A stretch of 64,000 nucleotides of DNA. Origin: Candidatus Bathyarchaeota archaeon. Lineage in GTDB: Archaea > Thermoproteota > Bathyarchaeia > Hecatellales > Hecatellaceae. The position numbers and the translations under genes were made by a program. The notes under the pieces are model-generated. The model ran no database searches and was not told where the DNA came from. It saw only the letters and a list, made by a program, of their open reading frames with translations. How positions within the stretch are numbered: position 1 is the stretch's first letter; each line of letters opens with the position of its first letter. Where the stretch lies: positions 137,985 to 201,984 of the forward strand of contig JBQPWD010000004.1 in the NCBI GenBank assembly GCA_052246995.1. The letters run 5' to 3'. Positions 1-10,350 of this stretch are shown here, piece after piece.

Positions 1-48
1 AGGGAGCTTTTACTGTTTTACATTACTCAGCACCAATCCTATTCTACA

Positions 49-1389
49 CTAACCTGTAAGAGGAACCCAGACAAGAATTGTGAGAAAATAACAAATAACT
101 AAAGAGATAAAAACATAGGGAACGGTGTAGCTAAAGAATTCTTTTACAGAAATTTTACTTTTTGTTTCACGTTCACAGACACTTAAAACTACGTAGAGAG
201 CAGGGGCCCCTGCTACCGTTAAATTGCTACCCAACGTTCCAGCCCAAACTAAAGCCCACCATAAAGGCCAAGGGTCAACACTATACTGGGCAAGGTCTCG
301 AATTACGTAAAGAAATGTAAGAATGTAGGCATCATGTTCAACTATCCCTACAATAAAAGCTGTAACCCAGTAAAGCAGGGTTACGCCTAGAAATAAATTT
401 GTCTTAAACCATGGTGCAAAAGAGTCAGCCACAATTTTAAGAATACCTGCATGGTCAAGCCCTCCTACTAGCATGAAAAGAGCTATGTAGAAAAATATAG
501 CTCTCCAATCTAGCGAAGAGAGAACTTCTTCAAAACTTGGACTGTTAACCCTGCTTTTAGCAACCTCAAGGATGATGATAAGGGTTAAAGCTCCAATTAA
601 GGCTATAAAGCCAAGACGTAAACCTATAAATTGTCTTAAAGAGAGAGCAAGAATAGTACAAATAAAGACACCAACTACTATGAATATAAACCGTTTATCC
701 TTTAAATACTGCTTTGCGTTAACGTCTACAAGTAGTTTAGAGTTTTCTAAATCTAAACTTAGAGTTCTTTTAAGCTTTACGTGATAAAAGACCAGAACAG
801 TAAGGAGAAATGTGCATGTAAGTATGGGGAAAGAAGAAGGTTTTCCATGAAACCAAATAAATTCGGGAAACTCGATTCCGGATACGCTATGAAGCATTTG
901 GGGTGGAAGGTCTCCAAGAAGAAGAGCTGTTCCCATAAAGTTTGCACATAAACCTACACATATTAGAGCAGGGAAGGGGTTAACTTTTAACTGCTTAGTT
1001 ACGTGAAGAATTATTGGAGCCATAATTAAAACAACAACTACATTATCCAGAAACATGGATACAAACCCAGCCAAGATTCCAAGTAAGGATGCAAATATAG
1101 GCAAACTATTCCTTGAAAATTTTACCATTAAAACTGAAATGTACTCCGGTAACCCTGTATGGTTAAAATAACCTGCAATAATCCATACACTTATAAGAAG
1201 AACTATCACATTCCAATCAACAGAAAAAAAAGCTTCAACCTCACTCATTACTCCAGTTAAAACCATGAGAACAACACCAATAAGGGCTACAGTGGCCCTG
1301 TCAACCTTACCTACAATCACTAAAATAATGGTTCCAAGAAATATGGTAAGAGCAATAAGCTGCATAACTTCCAAAGACTGCTTAACCAC
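49..1389 (-). CDS. ArsB/NhaD/SLC13-superfamily (IT) permease
   Basis: 446 aa polytopic membrane protein; motifs 'SMFLDNVVVVL', 'ANFMGTALLLGDLPP', 'GTLGSNLTVAGAPA', 'DWRAIFFYIALFMLVGGL' typical of ArsB/NhaD/P-protein permeases. Confidence 0.8.
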   Translation of the reverse strand: MVKQSLEVMQLIALTIFLGTIILVIVGKVDRATVALIGVVLMVLTGVMSEVEAFFSVDWNVIVLLISVWIIAGYFNHTGLPEYISVLMVKFSRNSLPIFASLLGILAGFVSMFLDNVVVVLIMAPIILHVTKQLKVNPFPALICVGLCANFMGTALLLGDLPPQMLHSVSGIEFPEFIWFHGKPSSFPILTCTFLLTVLVFYHVKLKRTLSLDLENSKLLVDVNAKQYLKDKRFIFIVVGVFICTILALSLRQFIGLRLGFIALIGALTLIIILEVAKSRVNSPSFEEVLSSLDWRAIFFYIALFMLVGGLDHAGILKIVADSFAPWFKTNLFLGVTLLYWVTAFIVGIVEHDAYILTFLYVIRDLAQYSVDPWPLWWALVWAGTLGSNLTVAGAPALYVVLSVCERETKSKISVKEFFSYTVPYVFISLVICYFLTILVWVPLTG

Positions 1390-1667
1390 CCAACTTTAAC
1401 CACAACTTTTAACTCAAGTTAAAGTTACGATTAATTTAAAAATTTTTCACTTTTTCATTATCATAACCATGTAAATTCTGTTATACTGATGGTTGCCAAT
1501 TACAGTTATTGTTTTAAAAGAAAGATAAGGAAAATGAATAAAGCAACAACTACCGCAAGAGGTTTACAGCTTTTTAAGCTATTCCTAAAAATTAGGAAAG
1601 ATTAAGAAAAAAATAGCCAATTTTATCTTTGTAATAGTTTTTATGGACAGGTTTATTTGATAAGATT

Positions 1668-2408
1668 TTATTTTCTAAATTTTTGAAGCCTCTTTAAAAG
1701 TTCAATATCACCTTCATAGTCTCCAGCACATGTTGCAATTATCCCATCAACAACCCCATCCAGCCTTGCCGCAAACTCTTCAACACGATCCATGGTTGTT
1801 GTAGTTGGCCAGCCTATTCTTTTTACCATTTCAGCATTTTTAGGCGTTTCCACTAGAAAGTATGAGTATATAGGTTTGTTTAGGCGTCTACATTCGTTAG
1901 CTAATTGTTTTAATGCAGGCAATGATGCCTCTTCAAGCCTCATAAAGAAGATAAAGTCCCATGCCTCCCTTGCTCTAGCAATAACCTCTTCAACAGAACG
2001 TCGCGCAGAAAGTAAACAACCCAGCTTTAAATTTTTTATACGCACTGTTGCCCGTAAAAAATCACGAGCCTCTTCAGAAGACTTTAACATTTTTATAGGT
2101 TCTCCGTACTTAGGTATATCTCCCATTGTAAGCACAATACCGTCAAGACCCACGACATCGGCGGCTAAAGCCAAACCTCCAACTTCAACAGGACCTTTAT
2201 AGTGAAGTATGAATATTGGTATTACAATCTTATTAGGATACTTTGTTTTAAGAATACAACCTATAGTTGTACCACTAGGTGCTGGAAAACCTGCAGCACT
2301 ATCAGTAACGTTCCACCCATCTACTAAATCCTTTGTTTCTTCAGCAAGCTTAAGAAATTTACGTGTTGGGACAAATTCATGCAGTATCTTCATGATAACG
2401 CCTCCCAT
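1668..2408 (-). CDS. methylenetetrahydrofolate reductase (MetF)-like FAD TIM-barrel protein, short archaeal form
   Basis: N-terminal 'HEFVP', 'NVTDSAAG', 'VLTMGDIP' resemble MTHFR-family motifs; probable start is the second ATG at 2393. Confidence 0.5.
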   Translation of the reverse strand: MGGVIMKILHEFVPTRKFLKLAEETKDLVDGWNVTDSAAGFPAPSGTTIGCILKTKYPNKIVIPIFILHYKGPVEVGGLALAADVVGLDGIVLTMGDIPKYGEPIKMLKSSEEARDFLRATVRIKNLKLGCLLSARRSVEEVIARAREAWDFIFFMRLEEASLPALKQLANECRRLNKPIYSYFLVETPKNAEMVKRIGWPTTTTMDRVEEFAARLDGVVDGIIATCAGDYEGDIELLKRLQKFRK

Positions 2409-2504
2409 AAAAATGGTGAAATTCTGGTCGGTCTTAAGTAAGATTATAAAATTATATAATTATAAATTCTTCGCTTTTAAATCGCTAAATTCATCAGTAA
2501 GCCT

Positions 2505-3305
2505 TCATTCTGAGTTTAATATTTTTGATAATTCTTCTAAGGTTAAAGGTTCGTTTTCAAATCTTAGTTTAAGCAGCTTTATAGCTTGAAATACTATTGG
2601 AGGCTGCATGTCTGCAAGTTCAAGTAAAGATTTATTGACTAGTACAGACCTAGTATCTGATCCTCCTAAGGTTAAACCGTTGTTAAGAATGTAAACACGG
2701 TCGGCAACCTTTGCAACAAACTCTATGTCATGAGAAGCTACAACAACAGCTTTACCAGTATCTTTTGCTTCAACCACAACTTTTCCCACTTCTTCCACAG
2801 ATTTTATGCTTAAATTTGCAGTAGGCTCATCAAGCAACAATACTTCAGGATTATAGGCAAGTATAGAGGCTAAGGTTACCATACGTTTTTCTCCAATGCT
2901 AAGCTTGTAGGGAGGCTTATTTAAAAGATTATTCAACTTAAACCTTTCTGCCACTTCAACAACTTTTTTATCAACTTCTTCTGCAGGTAAAATTTGACGA
3001 AGCGTAAAAGCTATTTCATCATATACTGTTGAATTAAAAAGCTGGTCATCTGGGTCTTGGAAGACTAAACCTATTCTTCTTCTAGCTTCAGGTAGCTGAT
3101 TTTTTAGGGGTTTATCATCAAGCAAGACTACACCTTTACTTGGATTAAGTAGTCCAGCGGCAACCGTAAGAAGTGTTGTTTTACCACTCCCATTTGAACC
3201 TATTATGGCTATTACCTCGCCTCTGTTGACAAAAAAACTTGCCCCTTTTAAAACGTCTACACCACCAGGATACCTAAAATATACGTCTTCAACTTTTAGC
3301 AACAT
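2505..3305 (-). CDS. cbiO: ECF transporter ATPase (NikO/CbiO)
   Basis: Walker A GSNGSGKTT, 'FQDPDDQLF', signature LSIGEK, Walker B LLLDEPT. Confidence 0.92.
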   Translation of the reverse strand: MLLKVEDVYFRYPGGVDVLKGASFFVNRGEVIAIIGSNGSGKTTLLTVAAGLLNPSKGVVLLDDKPLKNQLPEARRRIGLVFQDPDDQLFNSTVYDEIAFTLRQILPAEEVDKKVVEVAERFKLNNLLNKPPYKLSIGEKRMVTLASILAYNPEVLLLDEPTANLSIKSVEEVGKVVVEAKDTGKAVVVASHDIEFVAKVADRVYILNNGLTLGGSDTRSVLVNKSLLELADMQPPIVFQAIKLLKLRFENEPLTLEELSKILNSE

Positions 3306-3308
3306 AAC

Positions 3309-4112
3309 TCATAACCTGATAAAGGACACTAAAACACAAGTAAAAAGTAGTAACAGTAACATTAGCTCGTTCCTATTAATACTTACCTTTACAGAACTTT
3401 TAAAGTGTAAATCTGAGGATGTTAAACTTCTAGCCTTGATAGCCTTTTCAACTCTCCATGAGTGTTCATGAGTTTTCAGTAAAATATCTCCAATTACAGT
3501 TGACAGCATCCACCATACTTGTCTAAACTTAACTTTTTTTATTATACGAGCCTCTCTAGCCGACAGCATTTTGGATATTTCCCTTAAGAATAAGGGTATG
3601 TGTATTATAGAAAGCATTAGAAAGAATATTACCTCATACGGTACTCCTAGACCTTTTAAACCTTCCATAGTTTTTTTCCAACCAAGTATTAGAATGAAAG
3701 AGGTAAAAATAGCTGTTGCAGACACAACTCTAACAATAAAACTTATCATTAAATTTAATCCTTCAAAGCTAACTTTCAAGGTTGTTAGCAGCATTGACAG
3801 TTCTATTAAAGGTTTTCCTGATGTTATAAACGGTAAAGGTATGGATACAAGAAAAACCCAAAAAAAGGTGAAGATTACTACTCTAATCCATGAGTACATG
3901 GGTATTCGTGTTAACACAACTAAAAAAACACTTACAACTAAAACCAGTAAAGGAGCCTTAAAATCAATGGTAAATGCCGCTAAACTGGTAAATACTAAAG
4001 CTGAAAGTATAGTTATTGTTGGGTTAAAAGGTGGATTGACAACTTCACGATTCAAAGTATTGATAGTTTCAGCCAAACCTTCCAAGAAACGTTGAGTTAG
4101 CTTTTCCAACAT
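3309..4112 (-). CDS. cbiQ: ECF transporter T component (NikQ/CbiQ)
   Basis: multi-TM protein with 'AREAR' and 'AIKARS' conserved Arg motifs; between nikN and cbiO. Confidence 0.85.
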   Translation of the reverse strand: MLEKLTQRFLEGLAETINTLNREVVNPPFNPTITILSALVFTSLAAFTIDFKAPLLVLVVSVFLVVLTRIPMYSWIRVVIFTFFWVFLVSIPLPFITSGKPLIELSMLLTTLKVSFEGLNLMISFIVRVVSATAIFTSFILILGWKKTMEGLKGLGVPYEVIFFLMLSIIHIPLFLREISKMLSAREARIIKKVKFRQVWWMLSTVIGDILLKTHEHSWRVEKAIKARSLTSSDLHFKSSVKVSINRNELMLLLLLFTCVLVSFIRL

Positions 4113-4420
4113 TAGCGACCTTTTAATAGTTTATTAAGTGTAAAACCTAAAGCTAAGATTACACCAACACCTATAAAACCTGTAAAAATGTAACCTAACT
4201 CAGCAGGTAGCCCGGGTATTGAGTAGTCTAAAAAAGGTGTCCAGTTGATTTTTTCCGTTAAGTCCTGAAGGTTAAGTGTTTCTGCAGCAACATCCAAAGG
4301 TTCGTGGTATCCAACAATATCTGCTAAAATTACACCAAAAACTGGGCTAATAAAAACAAGAGTTATAATTATGATTAAGACTTTTTTAAAAGTTAAAAAC
4401 CAACTTTTTTGGCTTTTCAA
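4112..4420 (-). CDS. PDGLE-domain ECF accessory membrane protein (NikN-like)
   Basis: two TM helices flanking 'HEPLDVAAE...TPFLDYSIPGL'; follows nikM. Confidence 0.75.
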   Translation of the reverse strand: MKSQKSWFLTFKKVLIIIITLVFISPVFGVILADIVGYHEPLDVAAETLNLQDLTEKINWTPFLDYSIPGLPAELGYIFTGFIGVGVILALGFTLNKLLKGR

Positions 4421-5070
4421 CTACTACCACCCTTTTCTGAAAGTATAAGGTGAGGAGCTCTACCAGCCAAGTAGGTAACAACCAATGCGGTGATTACACC
4501 TTCAATAACCCCGAGAATGGCATGCCATCCAACCATTACAGGAACTGTTATTACAACACCATAAGGAAATGATTGTGAATAGCCTATTTCTAAGCCGCAT
4601 GCCAATCCTGCAAGTGTTATTCCCAGCCAGCCGCCGAGGAAAGCAGATAAAGTTCTTACAGAATTTTTAGCTCCAAACAGCTTAATGAAACCAGTATAAA
4701 TTAAATATCCAACCAGAACATCTACAATCGCCATGTTAAGAGTATTTGCACCAAGAGCGGTTATTCCTCCATCATGAAAAACAATACATTGAATAAGTAG
4801 AACTAGAAACATTGTTAAAAATCCAAGCCATGGGCCAAGCATAATTCCAGCCAAAGCACCGCCAACAAGGTGTAAACTGGTTCCTCCGGGCAAAGGCCAG
4901 TTAAGCATTTGAGCAACAAAAATAGCGGCCGCAACAATGGATACTAGCGAAACTTGTTCAGAATACAACGTTTTTCTAGCCTTTTTAAGGGCAAAACCAC
5001 TATAACCAATGAAAATGGCATACGTAAAAATCACGGTGAAGATATCTAGAAAACCGTCAGGAATATGCAC
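4417..5070 (-). CDS. nikM: ECF S component NikM/CbiM (nickel-type)
   Basis: N-terminus MHIPDGFL (NikM-type rather than CbiM MHIMEG), 'GTSLHLVG', 'HDGGITALGAN'. Confidence 0.88.
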   Translation of the reverse strand: MHIPDGFLDIFTVIFTYAIFIGYSGFALKKARKTLYSEQVSLVSIVAAAIFVAQMLNWPLPGGTSLHLVGGALAGIMLGPWLGFLTMFLVLLIQCIVFHDGGITALGANTLNMAIVDVLVGYLIYTGFIKLFGAKNSVRTLSAFLGGWLGITLAGLACGLEIGYSQSFPYGVVITVPVMVGWHAILGVIEGVITALVVTYLAGRAPHLILSEKGGSS

Positions 5071-5122
5071 ACCAAACCACCATTTAAGGTTTTAATTAAT
5101 TTTTAATAACCTCAGGTAAATA

Positions 5123-5156
5123 TAAATATTACCATTATGAAAAATAGTAATATTTA
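5123..5156. promoter_or_regulatory. NikR-like operator overlapping the nikM TATA box
   Basis: perfect inverted repeat TAAATATTAC-N14-GTAATATTTA; minus-strand TATA box TTTATATT at 5119-5126, ~50 nt upstream of nikM. Confidence 0.6.
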
Positions 5157-5267
5157 ATAAGCAAGCCATGTTTACACTCTCTAAAACAATTTCTATTTAA
5201 AGATGATAGAAACACGCTTTGAGAAGGCTATCTGGTACTTTAAAAAGGAAGGATAAAAGAATAAAAT

Positions 5268-6608
5268 TTAGCGAGTAATCATCTGGCTTGGTAGCCAAAG
5301 AGCTAACTGTGGGAAGAAGTATAGTATGATTATGGTTATAAACATCATAATTATGAATGGTATAGATCCTCTTAAAACATCAGATATTGGAATATCAGGA
5401 GCAATACGTTTAATGATATAGAGGTTTAACCCTACAGGAGGGGTAATGCAGCCTGCCTCCATGTTGATTGTAACAACAACACCAAACCATATCGGGTCAA
5501 ATCCCGCAGCCAATATGATTGGATAAAGAATTGGACAAACAATAAGTATGATGGCAACCGGGGGCATAAAACATCCAAGTAAAAGTAGAAATAGATTTAT
5601 AACTAGCATTAAACTCCATGGTGGAAGATTCAAGGCTATAATGGTGTTTGCTATAGTTTGAGAAATGTAAAGTTTGCTTAAAACTACACCAAAAAGATAG
5701 CCTGTGGCAATTATCATCATAATCATAACACTATCTTTTACAGCATCTTCAAGGATAGTTGTGTAGTCTTTTTTAGATGGACGGTAAATTAAGCTAACAA
5801 TGAGTAAAGCTGCAATAGCTCCAACAGCGGCACATTCACTAGGAGTAGCCCAACCTAGGTAGAGAGAACCCATAATGAGGAGTATTATAACTACGAAGGG
5901 TATAACTTTAGGAAGTGCAATAAATTTCTCCTTCCAAGTGTAACCTTTAAACGAGGTTTCAACAACATGAGGCATTTTAAACGCAGCTTTTTTAGATTCA
6001 CTGTATTGACAAAAAACAGTCCAAATAGCAAATAAACCTGTTAACAGCAATCCTGGAATAATCCCTGCAATAAAAAGTTTACCTATAGAGGTTTGTGTAG
6101 AAATACCGTAAACTATCATGGTAACACTTGGAGGTATAAGAATTCCAAGAGTACCACCTGCAGCAATTATACCAGTAGCAAGAGTATTAGAATATCCTCT
6201 TTTCCTCATCTCAGGAATACCCATCTTCCCTATAGCTGCCGCTGTAGCTGGACTTGAGCCACAAAGTGCCGCAAAAATCGCACAACAAACAATGTTTGTT
6301 ACACCAATACCTCCTGGAAGCCGATAAAGCCACCTGTGAACAGCCTCATAAAGATCTTCATTTGCTCTAGAACCGCCAATAACCGCACCAAGCAGTATAA
6401 ATAGAGGTATAGCAAGTAAACTAAAGTCATTAAGACCTTCAAACACCCTTAAAGAAACAAGGTTAAGCTCGGCAGAACCAAGCATAAAAGCAATAAAAAG
6501 CAGGGAAACAAAACCTAAAGCAAAAGCAATAGGCATACCACTTAAAAGAAAGATTAATGCAACAAGGAAAACTATAATCCCTAATATAAGTAAGTCCATC
6601 TTTTCCAC
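5268..6608 (-). CDS. dctM: TRAP transporter large permease
   Basis: 'LLAIPLFILLG', 'GSSPATAAAIG', 'GTLGILIPPS', 'ITPPVGLNLY'. Confidence 0.95.
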   Translation of the reverse strand: MEKMDLLILGIIVFLVALIFLLSGMPIAFALGFVSLLFIAFMLGSAELNLVSLRVFEGLNDFSLLAIPLFILLGAVIGGSRANEDLYEAVHRWLYRLPGGIGVTNIVCCAIFAALCGSSPATAAAIGKMGIPEMRKRGYSNTLATGIIAAGGTLGILIPPSVTMIVYGISTQTSIGKLFIAGIIPGLLLTGLFAIWTVFCQYSESKKAAFKMPHVVETSFKGYTWKEKFIALPKVIPFVVIILLIMGSLYLGWATPSECAAVGAIAALLIVSLIYRPSKKDYTTILEDAVKDSVMIMMIIATGYLFGVVLSKLYISQTIANTIIALNLPPWSLMLVINLFLLLLGCFMPPVAIILIVCPILYPIILAAGFDPIWFGVVVTINMEAGCITPPVGLNLYIIKRIAPDIPISDVLRGSIPFIIMMFITIIILYFFPQLALWLPSQMITR

Positions 6609-6618
6609 CTCACCTACA

Positions 6619-7185
6619 CTACTTTACATCCTTCACCTCTGAGAATTGTTCTTTAACAACTTCTTCAGGCTTTTTAGAAATTAACTCAGCAATATAAACT
6701 ATGTATTGTAACGATAGAAGAATCATTCCAAGGGGTATAAACGCGTATGGAATTGCCAACGGAGGATTAAAGAGAGTCCCGGTTCTCCAACCTAAGCTGT
6801 AGGCAGTCCACCACAACACTAAACCTCTCCATGCAACAAAAATAGCAAAAGTTAGAGACAATATAGAGCCGACTATTAAAAGCCAATGCCTAACTTTAGG
6901 TGGTAAAAGCCTTATTACCAAGTCTACGTTTATGTGGGCATTATGCTTTAACCCGTAACCAGCGCCAACAAGAGTAACAAACATAATTAGATAAATTGAG
7001 GTTTCTATCTCCCAAACGGTTGGAATTCTAAAGATATATCTAACCAAAACCTCGTAAACTAGAATAACACCAGAAGCAACTATAAAAATGAAGCATATCC
7101 TACCAACAGTTTCATTTATCCAATCTATGACACGGAAAAACATGTTTTTACCATTTTTTCTGTTTCTACTCATAGGTAACATCAC
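6619..7185 (-). CDS. dctQ: TRAP transporter small permease
   Basis: 4 TM, 'YEVLVRY', 'HINVDLV'; between dctP and dctM. Confidence 0.9.
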   Translation of the reverse strand: MMLPMSRNRKNGKNMFFRVIDWINETVGRICFIFIVASGVILVYEVLVRYIFRIPTVWEIETSIYLIMFVTLVGAGYGLKHNAHINVDLVIRLLPPKVRHWLLIVGSILSLTFAIFVAWRGLVLWWTAYSLGWRTGTLFNPPLAIPYAFIPLGMILLSLQYIVYIAELISKKPEEVVKEQFSEVKDVK

Positions 7186-7283
7186 TAACAGTAGTTTCGC
7201 TCCTGAATAGCCCAGGACTTTTGTGTAAAGAAAGTTATGTATACAAAAGACGTATATAAAATTTTTTAAAAAAAAGGTTTTGG

Positions 7284-8354
7284 TTATGGTTTTACTTTTA
7301 ACATTAACTCTATAAGCTCTTTACCACCCGGAACAGTTTCTGAGAAAGTCTTCCACGAGGTATTTTCTGCAACCTTAGCCCAAGCATTCCATTCATCCAT
7401 AGTCATATCATGAACTTTTAAACCCTTCTCCTCAAAGAAGTTTGCAGTTTTTATATCGCTTGCCTTCAGCTCCTGAGCCAGCCAGCTTTCAAGTTCACCT
7501 GAAACCTTTAAAACAGCCTTCTGCTGTTCAGGTGTTAAGCTATTCCATGTGGGCATACCCATTACAAGAGGTTCCAACATAAACCATATACAATAACCCT
7601 TTCTTGGAGAGGTGTAGTAGTTTAGCACCTCGTAAAGCCTGTAAGAGTAAAATGACTCAGAAGATGTTAAACATGCATCTAAAACCTTTGTTTGCAATGC
7701 TTGATAAAGCTCTGATGAAGGCATGCTTGTAATAGCCGCACCACATGCATTTAACATAGTCTCAAACATCCTACCCGCAGCCCTCATTTTCAAACCTTTA
7801 ACATCTTCAGGCAAAATTATTGGACGTGGAACACTTCCAATACCGCCACCAAACCAAGCACCATACCATACAAGCAATTTTATCCCATTTTTTTCACATA
7901 TTTCTTGAAGCTTTTTACCTATTTCAGCGTCTTTCCACTTCATTCCATGGTCAATGTTTGTAATACTACAAGGCATGAGGGTTATTGATAACTGTGGAAC
8001 CTTACCTGAAGCATAATCTAACGGATAAACTGATAAGTCAAGTGCACCTGCAACTAAAGCATCATATTGTTCCGCAGCCTTATAAAGAGATTGAGCAGGA
8101 TAAATTTCAAATTTTAATGTACCACCAGTTTCCTCCTCAACCCTCTTAGCAAATTTCTCGCAAAGAACATGTCTAAGGTCAGCACTTGCCCATTGGTGGG
8201 ATATTTTTAAAGTTCTTGGTGTAGGTTTTGTTGGAGGCTTTTGAGTAGCTTGCCAGGCAGCATATCCGCCAACACCAACAACAGCAGCGGCAACAATTGC
8301 AGCAACTCCATACTTTAGAAACTTTCTACGTGATGTATCAACACCACTAGACAT
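7284..8354 (-). CDS. dctP: TRAP substrate-binding protein with Tat signal
   Basis: twin-arginine SRRKFLK + hydrophobic segment; 'PEDVKGLKMR', 'SELYQALQTKVLD' DctP motifs. Confidence 0.92.
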   Translation of the reverse strand: MSSGVDTSRRKFLKYGVAAIVAAAVVGVGGYAAWQATQKPPTKPTPRTLKISHQWASADLRHVLCEKFAKRVEEETGGTLKFEIYPAQSLYKAAEQYDALVAGALDLSVYPLDYASGKVPQLSITLMPCSITNIDHGMKWKDAEIGKKLQEICEKNGIKLLVWYGAWFGGGIGSVPRPIILPEDVKGLKMRAAGRMFETMLNACGAAITSMPSSELYQALQTKVLDACLTSSESFYSYRLYEVLNYYTSPRKGYCIWFMLEPLVMGMPTWNSLTPEQQKAVLKVSGELESWLAQELKASDIKTANFFEEKGLKVHDMTMDEWNAWAKVAENTSWKTFSETVPGGKELIELMLKVKP

Positions 8355-8473
8355 AGAAAACCCCCTAAGTTAACTTAATCTTTAACTAACAAATGGAAAA
8401 CTACTATTATTTAATTTTTTCGTACTAACTAACTTCTTATTTTAGCTAAAAATTAACTTAGAAGGTAGACTTA

Positions 8474-8776
8474 TTACTGAAGCTTTTTAATTATCTCAGC
8501 TCTAAGCTCGTCATTTGTTTTTCCTTCAGGGTCTATTCCAAGCTCTTTGGCAACTTTAACAAGTTTTTCTCTTGTTTCTAAATCTATAGTTTTTGATTGC
8601 GGTTTTGACTTATCTGTAGATTCCCCTTTCAGCTCTTTTTCAATATCCATTTTTCCACGTTCAAACTCCATCCTAGCTCTTCCAAGAGCTCTTGCAAGTT
8701 CAGGTATCTTTTTTGCTCCAAAAATCAATATTAGTGCAAGAAAAATTAGGATAAGCCATTCCTGACCAATAACCAA
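8474..8776 (-). CDS. tatA: Twin-arginine translocase TatA
   Basis: 'IFGAKKIPELARALGRARMEF' TM-hinge-amphipathic helix. Confidence 0.93.
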   Translation of the reverse strand: MVIGQEWLILIFLALILIFGAKKIPELARALGRARMEFERGKMDIEKELKGESTDKSKPQSKTIDLETREKLVKVAKELGIDPEGKTNDELRAEIIKKLQ

Positions 8777-8836
8777 AATTTATCACCAATTAAGATTGAG
8801 ACAATTTTAGTTAATATATAGTAGTATTTTAACTTT

Positions 8837-9667
8837 TTAACTTAAACTTTTCTTTACTTCTTCCCTTGGAAGAAAGCCAAAACCTTTTACTGAGAGGATG
8901 TATCCAAGCAGATATAGTATGATAAGAGGGAAAGCAACAATGCACATCGTAATACCACTACCGTCAGGGGTAATAACAGCGCCGAAGACAAAAAAAGCAA
9001 AAACAGCTATTCTAAAATACTCTCTCCAAGTTTTTGGCTCAATAACACCTAAAGATGAAAGGGTAACCATAATTATAGGTAATTGAAAAGCTAAGCCAAA
9101 ACTTACAAGAAAAAGTGTAACAAAAGAAATAAAACTCTCAATTGTAATGAATGTTGCCACTTGAAGAGCAAAACCGTATCTATAAAGGAAGAAGATGATA
9201 AAGGGTATAAGAGCATAATATGAGAAAATACATCCGCTAATAAAGAGTATTGTTGATGGAACTATAAGCCTAGCTATAAGCTTTTTTTCATGAGGATATA
9301 AACCTGGAGCAACAAAGCCCATAACTTCATGAATTATTACAGGCATACCAAACAATATGCCAAGAAAAATTGAAACATAAAGTGTAGCGGTTATTGCTTC
9401 TGCAGGTGTTGTTTGAATAAGTCTTACACCTTCGGGAAGCAAATCTTGCTGAATCTTCCTTAAAAGGTCAGCGGCGGTACTGTTAAATATTGCAGGGTAG
9501 GGGTAATAGTAGGTAATGTTGTTGGAAAATTCTGCCTTCTGAATTTTAAACATAAAGAAAAAAAACGTTAAAAAACCAACAACTATAAATACACGTAGTA
9601 ATCTCGTCCGCAATTCGTCAAGGTGTTCTAAAAAGCTTCTTTCCCTACCACTTCCAGCCTCAACCAA
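8837..9667 (-). CDS. tatC: Twin-arginine translocase TatC
   Basis: 'FLEHLDELRTRL', 'FVAPGLYPHEKK', 'FQLP', 'VITPD'. Confidence 0.95.
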   Translation of the reverse strand: MVEAGSGRERSFLEHLDELRTRLLRVFIVVGFLTFFFFMFKIQKAEFSNNITYYYPYPAIFNSTAADLLRKIQQDLLPEGVRLIQTTPAEAITATLYVSIFLGILFGMPVIIHEVMGFVAPGLYPHEKKLIARLIVPSTILFISGCIFSYYALIPFIIFFLYRYGFALQVATFITIESFISFVTLFLVSFGLAFQLPIIMVTLSSLGVIEPKTWREYFRIAVFAFFVFGAVITPDGSGITMCIVAFPLIILYLLGYILSVKGFGFLPREEVKKSLS

Positions 9668-9880
9668 TCTTCCACCATCAACAAGAAGCTAACATATGCA
9701 CTTTAAACATTTAATAGGAAGCCCAATTTTTAAACTAAACTACTGAAAATGTTAACAATTTTTATAATCTGATACGAAAACTCAATTATACGATGCGTAT
9801 CCAAAATACTTAGTTCACTCGCAACTCTAAAATTTCTAGGAAAAATGCTATTCTTCCCCAACAGCCTACAAACCTTTAAA

Positions 9881-10348
9881 TTAACCGTGTATAAGTTTTC
9901 TTGCTTCCCCTCTGGGTATGTAGCGGAGAGCTCCTGTTGTACAAAACTTAACACACCACGGGTCTCCTTCACATAAGTCACATTTGTAGGAAACTTTAAG
10001 TGTAGAATCATAGTGTGGTATGCTTATTGGGCATGCAAAATTGCATGACCTACATCCGATACACTGTGTAGTGTTAATTTTGACAATCCCCTTTTCATCC
10101 TTTCTTATAGCATTAACAGGACATGATGATTCACATGCTGGATATTCGCAGTGGGCACAGTGTGCTGAAATAAAGTATGCAAATTTATCAGGGTTTGGAA
10201 AAACTTTTACATGAGATTTGTCCTCAGATATGACCTTGAAGTGTTTAAAAGAACATACAACCATACAAAGTAGACAACCACTACACTTTTCAGGGGTATA
10301 GTAGAGAACTCCTTGCTCTTCAGGTTTAACTATTTTTTGAAAACTCAT
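9881..10348 (-). CDS. 4x[4Fe-4S] ferredoxin-like subunit (HycB/CooF/DmsB family)
   Basis: CSGCLLCMVVC, CAHCEYPACESSCP, CIGCRSCNFACP, KCDLC..PWCVKFC. Confidence 0.85.
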   Translation of the reverse strand: MSFQKIVKPEEQGVLYYTPEKCSGCLLCMVVCSFKHFKVISEDKSHVKVFPNPDKFAYFISAHCAHCEYPACESSCPVNAIRKDEKGIVKINTTQCIGCRSCNFACPISIPHYDSTLKVSYKCDLCEGDPWCVKFCTTGALRYIPRGEARKLIHG

Positions 10349-10350
10349 TT

